In this document: one piece after another, positions 1-12,160 of the stretch
Position numbering within the stretch: position 1 is the first letter of the stretch
Layout: each line of letters starts with the position of its first letter
Source of the DNA: Octopus bimaculoides
Taxonomy: Eukaryota
DNA length: 64,000 nucleotides
Direction: 5' to 3'
Assembly: GCF_001194135.2 (NCBI RefSeq)
Contig: NC_068988.1
Coordinates: 38,036,282 to 38,100,281, forward strand
Notes under the pieces: generated by a model
What the model was told of the DNA's origin: nothing
Seen by the model: only the letters and a program-made list of their open reading frames with translations
Database searches by the model: none
Position numbers and translations under genes: made by a program

Positions 1-1582
1 TTTTGTGATGAAGACCTCATTGTGTACAAATTAAGGATGTATGACAATAACTGCTCTGGTTAAGCAATACAAAGGAGGAAATGTTGTGGGGATTGAGAGG
101 CAAGCTTGATAAGATCTGCAGTTGTAATGTTGGAAATTAGATGGTTATTAAGAAAATATTAGAATAAATGCCATTGTTTTGTTTGTTTCTTATTGATCTT
201 CTTTTCTCCTGTCATTTATTTTATGTGTTTGTTTTTTTGTTTTGATATTTTTTTTCCAATTGGTATTATTTTATTTTGTGCCCTTCAGGTTGTTCATTGG
301 TTAAAAAAAACCTCATTATTATTGTTTTATTGTCAAGTTAATTGAATAAATTATTAGAATTCCAGACATACTTGGCCAGTCTGGTGGGTTGTTATTTTAG
401 TAAGCTTCTGTTAGTTTATTTCAATTAACCTGTGATTTTACCATTGAGTGAATATCAGTCGTGGCTTATGGCTTTTTGTCCAGCATAGGAGGCTGTATCA
501 GGTGCTTGCGCTCTACTGGCATAGCTCTGAGGGTCGTTGAATCATACATGTCACCCCACTACAACAAGGACTGCACTTTGTAGTGGCCATGGTTATGTTA
601 GAAATCATAATTTCCTTATGATACTCACAGCTGTTTTACTTGTTATTGTTCTTTTTAATCCTAATAGATTACTGCTATTCTGACACCCCTATTCCAGCCA
701 TGTCTATTGTTCCTTTCCTTTGAGGTTACTTCTGTTTTTTTATTACTATAATTACTTTACATATTCCTGTTTTTTCCCCCAAAATCTTAACTCTACTAAG
801 CACAACTGCTTCTTTCCTTCTTTAACTATGACTATATTGTTACTACTCTTCAGCGCTATATATTCCTTATACACCATATCTTATTCTATCATCAGTATTT
901 CTGTTACTATTCTTGCTATTCCTGATTCTACTCTCTTAATTATAGTATTGCTGTTATTTCATACTTCTACTGTATTCTCTCTTCTGTTTTCTTCATCTAT
1001 GTAGCAGCTACTCCTCAATATTCCACTTTTTTAGCCCTTTCTTAGCTGGCGCTTGTTACTCTCTGAATATTTGCAATAATTCTGCTTTCTCTTGCTTTTG
1101 CTCTTTGGGTACTATGGTGCTATTCCTTGGTAACTCTTCTACTGCTACTTCATAAGGGTGTCTTCTTTTAGCCTTCCAGCTGTTTGGCTTATGCTACATC
1201 TCTGCACTTATGTGACTTCTGCTCTCAGTACTTCTCTTTGTTACTCCTTTCTCATTTTGCTACTCTTTTTCTTCTTTTATCTACTCCCACTTCCTTCTAG
1301 CTACCTTCTTTTGTCTTTTAAGTACTCCATCTTACCTTCAGTTACCTTTCTTCTCTCAATATATATTCATTTTGTTTTTTGCTAGTCATCATTCCATATA
1401 TCTTATGTTGGCTTTTGCTTCTCCTATTCATCTTCATTTAGTTTTGCTTCACCTAACTATTTCTACTTCTATTTCTCATAATACTTAATCATTTAGGTTT
1501 ACAGATTCTTTCCTTCTTTTTCTTATACATCACTTACACTACTACTCCTTCCACAATTGTTTTAACCTCCTTTAATATTTAA

Positions 1583-2031
1583 CCCTTTAACATTTAAACC
1601 GGTCATATCTGGCCAAAATATTCTACCTGTTTTATGTTCAAACTGGCCATATCTGGCCTCTCATACCAACTTGATAATATCATTCTAAAATTAATAGTTA
1701 CCCCTTCAAAATCTCAAAGCTGCAAGATAATCCATGATTAATACAAAACAATGAGGATACATAAGCATTGCACTTGACAGAATAATGTGAATGCTAAAGG
1801 ATTAAACTTGACCCTTTAGTATGTAAACTGGTCGTGCCTGGTCTAAATATTCTACCTGTTTTTACGTCCTAGCTTGCTAGATCTGGGCTCTCATATCTTT
1901 CCTACAATGACATTCTGAAAATTAACAATCACACCTACAAAATCTCAAAACCTGCGAGATAATGCAAGATTAATTTAAAACAATGTGAGTTAATAAGTAT
2001 TACCTTTGACAATAATCTGAATGCTAAAGGG
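1583..2031. mobile_element. Two adjacent piggyBac-type MITE copies (about 220 bp each)
   Basis: TTAA|CCCTTTA...ATGCTAAAGG(A/G)|TTAA-like ends at 1583-1801 and 1812-2031, with homologous interiors. Confidence 0.75.
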
Positions 2032-3352
2032 TTATACTTTTGTTGCTCTTACTACTCATTGCCATCTGTACCAAGTGATTGTTATTGTTGTTGTGGTTAT
2101 TCCTGTATGAAGTTCAGTGTTACAATTCAAACTAAAGTGGTTAAATTACTTCTGCTTCAGATAGATTCAAGATTTGAAATTTCTAGACAGAACTTGGCCT
2201 TGGGCAAGTTTTGATAGAGCAATTTGCTTTCTATTTAGAATATGGCTCCCTGTGAAAAACACTCTGCTATGCTTCTCTGTTTAATCCTTTGGCTATCTGA
2301 AGCATTTTCATAAGTTTGTCCTAAATGTCCATGTTTGCTTCCAGACTTATCATTAGTCCTTGTTTCATACTTTATGAGTAATATAAAGCTTTGCTTTCAT
2401 AGGTGCCAAGTAACATTGGTAGCTGAGAAAAAATTTGATGTTTATTGTATATGATGTATGGACACCAAGGAAATATGTCTTGTGTGTCACATTTGATATA
2501 CAGGACAGGCAAAGAGTTAAACCTATAATTCTTTTTAATCTTTTTTACTATTTTTGATCCCCATTGTTACTTTGTCAAACTTTTAAGTCAATTGCTTCTT
2601 TACTTCACCTGTTAACCAGTAATTACTGTCACAGGTAGTTAGTTTTCATAATGATCCCTGCTTCCTTTATTGATTAGTTTCTTTTGGAGTTCTTACTACT
2701 GCTCACTAACTAAAGTTTCTTTTTTCCTCAATGCTTTTCCTTACTAAAATATTCCCTACATTATTGTACAGTACTCTAATGTATTTTGTTCTTCCTGTCC
2801 CCTGTCAAGAGTTCCTCTATTTCTTTTTCCTTCTGCTACTAGATTTTGTTATTATTGTCATGACTGTTATATTTCATTGTTGTTGCTGTTGTTTTGTTAC
2901 AGTCGTTATCTTTCATTGTAGTTTGTCACCATTTTTATTGTCATGATTTCTGTTACCATCACCATCTTGCTGTTTCTTCACCCTTGCCATCTCAGTGCTA
3001 ATGTCCTCCTCTCTCTTCACCTTCCTGATCACATTGTTATTGTCATCTTTTGTCTTCAGCGCTGGTGTCATCTCTTGTTGCTGTCCTCTATCCCCTGTTG
3101 CTGTCTCTCACCAGTGTCATTTTCTACCATCTTTCTTTACCAATACTGCTGTTTTATCTTAGTGCCATCATCTTTCCTCATTTGGTGTCATTATTTATCT
3201 TCATCAAGTATCACCATCTTTCTTCTTCCATTATCCCCATCTTTTCATGTCCAGTTTCTCCATTGTTTCTCATCTGATTTTACCATTTCCCTTCAACTGG
3301 TTCTTGTCTTTTGTCTGTTACCACATTTCAGCCTACATTAAAATATTGCATT

Positions 3353-3365
3353 CACACACACACTT

Positions 3366-3432
<67 letters not shown>
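3353..3432. repeat. (CA)n microsatellite
   Basis: Direct inspection. Confidence 0.97.
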
Positions 3433-3433
<1 letters not shown>

Positions 3434-3603
3434 TCTGCTAATTATTCTGCTGGAATGATTGAAGCAGCACTTGATTTGATGTCATTTAACCAGAGTTCTA
3501 CAGGCTGCTTCTCTTTATATTATCCCCAACATAACCTGAGCCTGTAATTCAGTGTCTGCCTAATGTCATACGAGAAAATTCTTGTATGGTTGTTAAGCTT
3601 TAA

Positions 3604-3823
3604 TCCTTTAGCATTTAAACCAGCCATATTTGGTCGAAATATTCTACCTGTTTTATCTTCTGACTGGTCATATCTGGCCTTTCACACCTACTCTATAGTG
3701 TCACTTTAAAACTAAACAATTGCATCACCAAAATCTCAAAGCTATGAAATAACGAATGATTAATTTAAAATCATGTGAATGCATCAGCATTACATTTGAC
3801 AGAGTAACCTGAATGCTAAAGGG
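3604..3823. mobile_element. piggyBac-type MITE
   Basis: TTAA on both flanks, TIR (C/T)CCTTTAGCATT; same family as 1583-2031. Confidence 0.8.
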
Positions 3824-4287
3824 TTAATACATTATTGGGCTGTGTTTATCTTTCATCATTGCTGTCCTTTTCAATCTTATTACTCTCTTTGCCATTGTTT
3901 ACCATTGGTTTCATCTTTCATTATCAGCCTTACTATCTTTCAAGATTATTATACTACTCTATTTTGTTTATGTTGCTATCTATCACATCCTCTTTGGGCA
4001 TCCTTGTCTTTACATATTTTGGTGTTGGCATTGCCCATATGATTTTGGCATTGCCTACATGTTTTGGTGTTGGTACTTCATACATCTCTTGGAATCACTG
4101 TCAGTGTCTTTTGTCATTGTCATCGAGAGCTTTCAACATTATCATTTGCTATCTCTTTTGTTGTTGTCATTCTTGTCGCCATCATTATTGTTACTTCATT
4201 AGTTCTTCAGTTTCTTTTCCGTAAATGTACTGAAACAAATCTTACATTGTATCAATTGGTTTCTGATCAATAACTTCTGTTGATAAT

Positions 4288-4364
4288 TGTTTTTCTTTTG
4301 CTTTTTTTTTTTCTTCTTTTATCCCTTCTCTTTCTCCCTCAATTATCTGCTGCTGAAGGGTAAG
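4288..4364 (+). promoter_or_regulatory. 3' splice acceptor upstream of Ggamma paralog 1
   Basis: Polypyrimidine tract of about 55 nt (4288-4340), then AG at 4357-4358 (alternative AG at 4363-4364), 15 nt before the ATG. Confidence 0.55.
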
Positions 4365-4373
4365 GGAGCCCAC

Positions 4374-4589
4374 ATGTCTTACCAGGCTGAGATGCAGAAA
4401 CAGCTGAAGGAGGAGTTGAAAGAGCTGCACAGAGAGAAAAGCATGGTTCGAGAAAACTTAAGTAGAACAACGGAGGAATTGCTTCGCTATTGCAGGGAAA
4501 ACGAAAACTCGGATCACATGCTCTTCCCTCAAAAAGATAACCCTTTTGTTAAGACGGATAGCAACATATGTATTCTGTGTCTTAAATAA
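4374..4589 (+). CDS. G-protein gamma subunit-like protein (GGL domain), paralog 1, 71 aa, atypical C-terminus
   Basis: MSYQAEMQKQLKEELKELHREKSMVRENLSRTTEELLRYCRENENSDHMLFPQKDNPFVKTDSNICILCLK*. GGL pattern (R-x2-[LV]S...L-x2-YC...D-x-[LM]L...NPF). The ORF-track start at 4287 lies in a polypyrimidine tract; the ATG at 4374 aligns with paralog 2. 22/50 identities with 52010-52225. Confidence 0.85.
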   Translation: MSYQAEMQKQLKEELKELHREKSMVRENLSRTTEELLRYCRENENSDHMLFPQKDNPFVKTDSNICILCLK

Positions 4590-4590
4590 A
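4585..4590 (+). terminator. AATAAA poly(A) signal overlapping the Ggamma-1 stop codon
   Basis: AAATAAA spans the last Lys codon and the TAA; more AATAAA copies follow within 60 nt. The AT-rich context makes chance occurrence likely. Confidence 0.25.
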
Positions 4591-6170
4591 ATGAAGTTTA
4601 AATGAAGTTAAATGAGATGAAAGAAAAATAAATGCAGAAATAAAGAATAACAGAAAGAACAAGTTATAATAAAGAGAGTAAACAAAATGAGTAGATAAAA
4701 AAAGATGAAATNNNNNNNNNNNNNNNNNNNNNNNNNNNNNNNNNNNNNNNNNNNNNNNNNNNNNNNNNNNNNNNNNNNNNNNNNNNNNTATATATATATA
4801 TATATGTATATAAGTAATAAATAATGCATTACACGAAGAAAACAATTTTTTTTTATTGAATTACATCATAATCATCACCATAATCATTATTTTGTCTGCA
4901 TTTCAAATGTTTGCATTGGTTGAACACAGTTTCTTCTAAAATGCAAGGTATCTAACATGGTGTCAACTCTTGTTTTCAATGTCTAAGGAATTTGTACAGC
5001 TGAGCTGCAAAACATATTGCATGTATATATATGACATAAATAAACACCACTGCTGCTCAAATGGCATCTAAGCAAAGATATGCCTAGGTGCATATCTGTA
5101 TGTAAGCATATCTACATATATGTATGTGTGTGTGCATGTGAATGTTTGTACATATAATGTACATGTGTTTAGATGTTGGTACATCAATATAGCTCACAAC
5201 ACCTTTGAGCAAATAGCTTTGGAGCGAACAAAATTGAGATCATCATATCAAAGTGGTTGCAACAGCATTAACAGGTTTGGGGGTGCAAAACAAAGAAAAG
5301 CGACTGCAAATATGCTGCCTTCACTGACCTGTAATCCCCAGTCTTGCAGCAACATCAACGGGCCTCTTTGCAAATTGTTGGCAAAACTCAAATGTCACAT
5401 CCAACATAAGCAATATGACTGACAAACAAAGAGTAGGTTGTTGGATCCTTGTATATCGAAACCGATTGGAGAGTCCATCAGATATATGTGTGGTGTGTAT
5501 GTGTGTGTGGTGTGTCTGTGTGTGTGGTGTGTCTGTGTATGTGGTGTATCTGTGTTTATGGTGTGTGCATGCATGTGTGTGTGTAGTTAGTGAGCAGAAA
5601 CCTGTTAACAGCTGTCTTGTTTCTTGGATAAAAAACGAAAAAAAAAAAAAGAAAAAAAAAAGAAGCAAACCCAGATAGTCTTTTTCTTAATGACATCTTA
5701 ATTTCATAGAATTGTTGATTCTTGAGATTATCTTTCCTTCTCATTCAGAGTCTATTGTAATTGTTTCTATGGTTACATCCTTTTGAAGCAAAGATACTTT
5801 CAATAAATCAACAATTTATCTTGTCTGATATTTAGGATATCTTACGTCATATTTGTTGTGCAAAATCCATGGCACTTATGGTCACTCTCATTTATTTCAC
5901 TTAGTTTATATTTGTCACACATACACATATGAGAGGTGTCTGTATAAGTGATCTATATGTATCTGTATAGCTATTTTTATTTTCTCAAATTCAAGTAATT
6001 TCAAATTCCTCTGGTACCCACATTGGTGGTAAAATTAATCCATTAGTTAGTTTAAAAATCTCCACTTGGTATGCTGGCTGCCTTTAGCTGAGTTCACCCC
6101 ATTGCCAGAATTTGTGTGTGTGTTTGTGTGTGTGTGTGTGTATGTATCTGTTATTCTTATACCAAAATGG

Positions 6171-6261
6171 TGTTGACAGTGACTTCAAAGTTTTGGCCAG
6201 CTAAGCCATCACCAGACTGATAATGGCTTAGCTGGCCAAAACTTTGAAGTCAATGTCAACA
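6171..6261. repeat. Near-perfect palindrome (39-bp arms, 13-nt loop) containing two overlapping antisense hammerhead-like motifs
   Basis: 6171-6209 vs reverse complement of 6223-6261 match at 38/39; looser pairing extends to about 6152/6280. The minus strand 6219-6177 reads CAGU-CUGGUGA-UGGCUUAGCUGGCC-AAAA-CUUUGAAG-UC|ACUG. Confidence refers to the palindrome; the ribozyme reading is inference. Confidence 0.9.
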
Positions 6262-6705
6262 TAATTTTATATAAGAATGATAAGCCTGTACTCTAAAACA
6301 TGACCTCTTTGCCTCATGCATAAAGCAAAAAAAAAGGGGGGGGCCTTGAGCAGCCCCCCCCCTTAAGGGAAATTTCTCCCTCTCTTCTGTTTCTTAGCAA
6401 ACTCTCTTTCTCTTCACTTCTTACTGTGTGTGTGTGTGTGTNNNNNNNNNNNNNNNNNNNNNNNNNNNNNNNNNNNNNNNNNNNNNNNNNNNNNNNNNNN
6501 NNNNNNNNNNNNNNNNNNNNNNNNNNNNNNNNNNNNNNNNNNNNNNNNNNNNNTATTTATTTACATTAAGGGCATTACTATACATAAATGCCCTTAATAT
6601 AAATAGATATATTTAAAGGGAATAATTAATAAATATTTCCCTTATGAGGTTTTTCATGCTACCTACTTGATAAATTCTTATAAAGATTTTATCCTATTTT
6701 TAAAT

Positions 6706-6738
<33 letters not shown>

Positions 6739-6740
<2 letters not shown>

Positions 6741-6903
6741 GACGGGATTCTTTGAGTTTCCGTCTACCAAATCCACTCACATTGCTTTGGTCGGCCCGAG
6801 GCTATAGGAGAAGACACTTATCCAAGGTGCCACACAGTAGGAATGAACCCGGAACCATGTGGTCGGTAAGCAAGCTACTTACCACATAGCCACTCCTGCG
6901 CCT
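6739..6903 (-). mobile_element. tRNA-derived SINE family A, 5' half
   Basis: Head GGCGCAGGAGTGGCTATGTGGTAAGTAGCTTGCT...GGTTCCGGGTTCATTCC with A/B-box-like motifs; abuts (TA)n. Confidence 0.8.
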
Positions 6904-7256
6904 ATATATATATGTATGTATATATAAATTCATTTGTTCACTTTATCTCCATTTTTCCATGATAACATTGATGAAATGGATACATATTAGTGAGGCATTG
7001 TTTTATGATCAGATTCCCTTTCTGTCATTAACTTTCACCTTTTACAGAACAATGGAGTTTTCATTCCACTTATTTTTGAAATTGCAGAGATACTGGATAA
7101 CTCGATGACACCATTTGTAGCTCCCTTAGCACAGAATATTAACCTTCACATAAACTCACACATGCACTGGCACATATAGACTTTGTACAGTCTTTGTATA
7201 CCAAATTCACTCGTGTCATTAGTCAGAGCTTGGGACTACCGTATAGCAGATACTAT

Positions 7257-7489
7257 AGGGCGGCGAGCTGGCAAAATCATTCGCACGCCGGGTGAAATGT
7301 TTAGCGGTATTTCGTCTGCCTTAATGTTCTGAGTTCAAATTCCGCCAAAGTCGACTTTGCCTTTCATCCTTTCGAGGTTGATAAATTAAGTACCAGTTAC
7401 GCACTGGGGTCGAATTAATCAACTTAATCCCTTTGCCTGTCCTTGTTTGTCCCCTCTATGTTTTGCCCCTTGTGGGCAATAAAGAAATA
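7257..7489 (+). mobile_element. SINE family B
   Basis: GGCGGCGAGCTGGCA...GAGTTCAAATTCC...GTCGACTTTGCCTTTCATCCTTTCG...; also at 43744-43960(+) and 54599-54780(+). Confidence 0.8.
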
Positions 7490-7944
7490 CGATGCATGAG
7501 TTTCCATGCAGTTGGATCAAACCATGGTTGCAAAACAAACTTCTTAATCACACAGTTGTGCCTGTCCCTTTACATGTGTGTGTATAAGTTGATAGATAGT
7601 AGTTTGCTTTAATGCAGTCCATGTTACCAACTATTTTGGTCTGAATGTTTAGATTGATGTTTCATCCCTATACCCATATAGTATTGTGATTATATATTTA
7701 TATTATCCATACAGGCGTAGGTTAGATTGTCAGAAACATTCCATAACATTTGAATAGCAAAGAAACCAATTATTGAAATTTCAAATACTTACACACATAC
7801 ATATACACACACATATATATATCCATACACATACTTATATGAATACATGTGAATACACACACATCTATACACATAGACATGCACATATACCTAAAAGTAC
7901 ATACATGCATATATATATTATACACACACACATAAAAATTTTAA

Positions 7945-8990
7945 CATCTGGTTTGCCGTTCTGCGATGGGCAGGAGATCTTCTCTTACATAGTGAGTTGC
8001 CAATCAAATGTAAATCCTTTGTCATCTGTGTCAGGTGCAACAACTTCAAATCCGTCTTCAATCACTTTATCCTGGGTCTTCCGCAGTCTTCCTCGTCTGC
8101 ATGTTTAATTCACTTTGAGCATGCAGCACTTTCTTATAGCAGTCCTCCAGCATTTGCTTCGAATGCCTCTCCCAACACTCTTCTCCATCATTCATTACAT
8201 CTGATTCCTGTTATGCTTAATTTTTCTCTTAACTCATTTGTGTTCCACTGTTCATGATCGCATCCTGTGGAGCATGTTTGGTTTATTTATTTCTTTCTAA
8301 CCTTTGCAAATCTTCTACATTCAAGGCCCATATCTCACTTCCATACAGCAGTGCTCTTTATATGAAAGCATCATGATTTACCCTTCTCTCTGAAAAGCAC
8401 TGAACGTTTTCAAACCAGTTTTTTTTTTACTCTGGTTGCTATGTTTTCTGGACACTTACTCCTGCTACTAATTAAGTCCCATAAGTATCAGAAAATATCA
8501 AGTACTTCTGGGTGTTGGAGACAGTTTTTTCACGTGTGCTCTTAGTACTTATTACCCTTGTGCACTTGCCATGGGCACAAAGGGAGCAAGTGCTAAGTGC
8601 TAAGACTTCTCTGTTAGCAGCTCTGTGAGCCTACATCTTTTGTACTTCTATTAATATTTACATTGGGTGCACCATATGGTATACCTACCTCCTCCTTTTC
8701 TATATACTTATCACAGATATTTTTCTTATGGTTTCTGTGCCTTATTTTATGTCTACATAGAGGACTCCTGATTCTAGGTTTTATTTCTATGCCTGGAATT
8801 TTTCTATAATTCTATCACTGATTTGGCTATAAAAGCTAGGTCATAAGCATAGAGGAGTTCCCATAGGCAACCAATCCTTTGTAAGGACTTGGAGGATTAA
8901 TAAACAGAAGACGACTGAGGACTGACCTCTGACATACTCCTAGTGTCATGTAGAATTCATCTCTATGCTTTTAATGCTGACCTTCCTGCC
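7945..8990 (-). mobile_element. Degenerate RTE LINE fragment (RT core to C-terminus)
   Basis: Broken minus-strand frames give GVCQRSVLSRLLFI (GVHQGSVLSPLLF-like), a decayed PWELLYADD region, and LYGSEIWALNVEDLQRLERN. Confidence 0.75.
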
Positions 8991-9611
8991 TGCATTTCGT
9001 ACAGCTCAACAATTACCAGATTACACACACAGCCCCCCGCCCCATGTCAAAGAATGCCCAGCTGTAGGCCTTTAAGAAGTACTGTAATAAATTTGTTATA
9101 TTTTGGGATGGTCGTTTTTTATTTACTTATTTTTGTCAAATAACCACACACTATATATTCATTCTTCACTCGTTCATTATTGTTCTTATTTTATTTTATG
9201 TCCATTGTCTGGAAATCTTTTGTCACACACTTGTGATCTCATCAGCAACTCTTCCATCCTATGTGTCTCCTCCTATTCTGATTAGTCCATTCTGTCTTTC
9301 TAAATATAACTATATCTGTTTCAACACATGATTTTGTATCAGGAATCTTGCAAAACAAATCCATAAATTAAATAAATTTACTTTTGATTAATATGAACTG
9401 TCAGAATATCTAAATTAGGCTACTCATTGCAATGGTTATCTACTTTATATAGTAATTAAATATTCTATGCTATTGATTGGAGGAAGGAAACTGGGTTATC
9501 TTTAGAGGTATGATTAAATAGACCATGAAATGTTTTGTCAGGAGACTCCCTACTCTTTTTCTCATTCGTTAAAAGCATAAAAGAAATCTGCTTATTTCCC
9601 ATTTCTCTCAT

Positions 9612-9965
9612 AGCTTTGCTTCCTACCCACTGCATGGTACTTTGGGCAACTGTCTTCTACTATAGCCCCAGGCCAACGAAAGCTATGTGAGTGGATTTGG
9701 TAGACGGAAATTGAAGAAAGCACATCATATATGTGTGTGTGTGTATTTGTGTGTATGTATGTGTCTGTTTCCCCCCTTCCCACCATAGCTTGACAACTAA
9801 CGTTAGTGTGTTTATATCGGTGTAACTTAACAGTTCAGCAAAAAAGAACGATAGAATAAGTGCTAGGCTTACAAAGAATAAGTTCGGGGTTGAATTGTTC
9901 AGCTAAAGGTGGTGCTCCAGCATGGCTGCAGTCAAATGACTGAAACAAGTAAACGAATAAAAGAA
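9612..9965 (+). mobile_element. SINE family A
   Basis: Homologous to the other family A copies; internal (TG)n and 3' ...CAGCATGGCTGCAGTCAAATGACTGAAACAAGTAAA. Confidence 0.8.
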
Positions 9966-9980
9966 TATATACATACATAC

Positions 9981-10045
<65 letters not shown>

Positions 10046-11829
10046 ATGGACTCTCCCATCATTAGATGACGCATCAGGATTTGACAGTTTTTTACCAAAC
10101 AACCACACAAATGATTTGTTTATAAGCTCACTCGCTCCATCAAATCGACATTACCTGTACAGGTGCAACGAGTGCCACATGTCAGATGATGAAATGATCA
10201 CAGAGCAACATGAAACGAAGTGCTTTGTTGATGAACCCATCTCAACGCCCGGTCTGAGAATCGAACCCATTTTCTCACAATCGTGAGTGCAACATCGTAA
10301 CCACTAAGTAATTATCTGGACTTTGGGTATATGTCTATTAGTATGCCAATTAAAGCACATTTACCATTTGGGCTACCTGATGTCTCACTGGATCTCTATT
10401 AGGAAATCTGCATGTGTGTGTGTGTGTGTGTGTGTGTATGTTATTGAGAGAGAGTGGGAGAAAGAGATGTGTATGTGTGTATATACACGCGCACACATAT
10501 ATACAGGGCGAAAGAGAAAGAAAACCGTTTAGCTTCTTTTAAAATTTTTCTATGAGAAACATTTCAAAAATTTTTACCTCATTACCTTTCTGGAAATCAT
10601 TGCTTTCACTTCTGTTGTCCAACTTTTTTTTTTTTCATCAACTCAGAAACCGAAACCTCCAGTTCAAAGTTCTTGTGTTATACTTGAAGCCCCCCCCCCT
10701 TTTTTTTTCTATTTTCTTCATTTGAAAATTATTCAAAAATAGAGTTGCTATTGTTAAATCTGAAGTGCGTTATTTTATAGAATTAAATGAGCAGAACATT
10801 GTAGAAATAAGGAACAAGAAAATAAAATAAAATGAAATTAGGAGAAAATATTCCAAGCATTTGAAGAACACAAAAGTCATGTCATAAAAATGTCATAAAA
10901 GTGTCATATAGTGATCAATGTCATTTGTTTTATGAGCAATTCAGCATTGTATTTTTAGTACAATTTAAAACATGAAGAAATAGGAATTTTATATTTTTTT
11001 GTTATAAAATTGATGGAAATTGATAAAAATCAAAGCATTTTCCCTCGTTTTGAAAGGCTACAAAATTGTAATGCTGATGGTATTCATGTTGTTGTCATCC
11101 AAGCATTCCTCAGAGATTTTTCAGTGCTTCCAGAATCAAAAGAGTAATTAATTTTCTTCATGTAAAAAAAAGGTCAATCAAGGTTGTTTAATACCAATTT
11201 TTTTTTTTAATGACTCTGGTGCTGTCCTTGCTTTAATTTCAATGTGTTTGACCCATTGGCAAACTTGAGCTGTTATTCACTTCTTGATATGATCTGATAG
11301 TGTTAACTCATGATGTGAGAGTTCCGTCAGCCTATGAAAAGCTTGTTAATTCAACAAGGGATCATAATTAACATGTTACCATATTTTCCTGCATACAGGT
11401 TGATGCAGTTTATAGTGTAAACATGCAGTGAAAATATTCAAACATCACCACTAGCTTTCCAAACCCTGCTGTATTTCACATGGAATATTTGGTCTCCCAA
11501 AGTTACCTTGGTATATAAGACAACCTACCATATTTTTAACTAAATATTGGTTTGACAAATTCAATTTGTATGCTGGAAAATACAATAGTCCTCTTGATAT
11601 TAATTACTTTTATGTTTAATGGATTTTGTTAAGTGAGCCCTCAAGTGATTTCCACACAAAAAGAGACAACTTTCCAAGGAATCCATCAGAACACCGTGAT
11701 CCCATATTTTCTATCCACAATTAGAATTATTGTGGAATTACCACATGGCATGGAGTTTACTGTACAACTAACATTTGGTCATGCATTGTTGCTTAATTTT
11801 TCTCCAGACTTGTGTTATTTCATCCAACT

Positions 11830-12160
11830 ATTTAGCATTTAATCCAGCTATATTCAGCCCAAATATTCTACTTGTTTTATGTTCAAACTAGCCAGATCCA
11901 GCCTCTTACATCTACTCTACAATGTCATTCTGAAATCTTGAAACTACATGATAATATATGATTAATTCACAATAACATGAATAAATAAGCATTGCATTTG
12001 ACAGAGTAATCTGAAATACTAAAGGGTTAATCATTTAGCATTCACATTACTCTGTAAAATATAATGCTTATGTATTCACAATCATCATCATCAATTAACA
12101 TCCATAAAATAGTCAGAGTATTTGGGTTAGATATGGCTGGTTTAAATGCTAAAGGGTTCA
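11830..12160. mobile_element. piggyBac-type MITE plus an oppositely oriented deleted copy
   Basis: Family interior ending AAAGGGTTAA near 12030, then TTAATCATTTAGCATTC...AATGCTAAAGGGTT. Confidence 0.65.

Noticed and set aside
4287-4373. N-terminal 29 aa (MFFFCFFFF...) of the ORF-track 100-aa protein
   Set aside because: The start is TTG within the polypyrimidine tract of a splice acceptor; homology to paralog 2 begins at the ATG at 4374.
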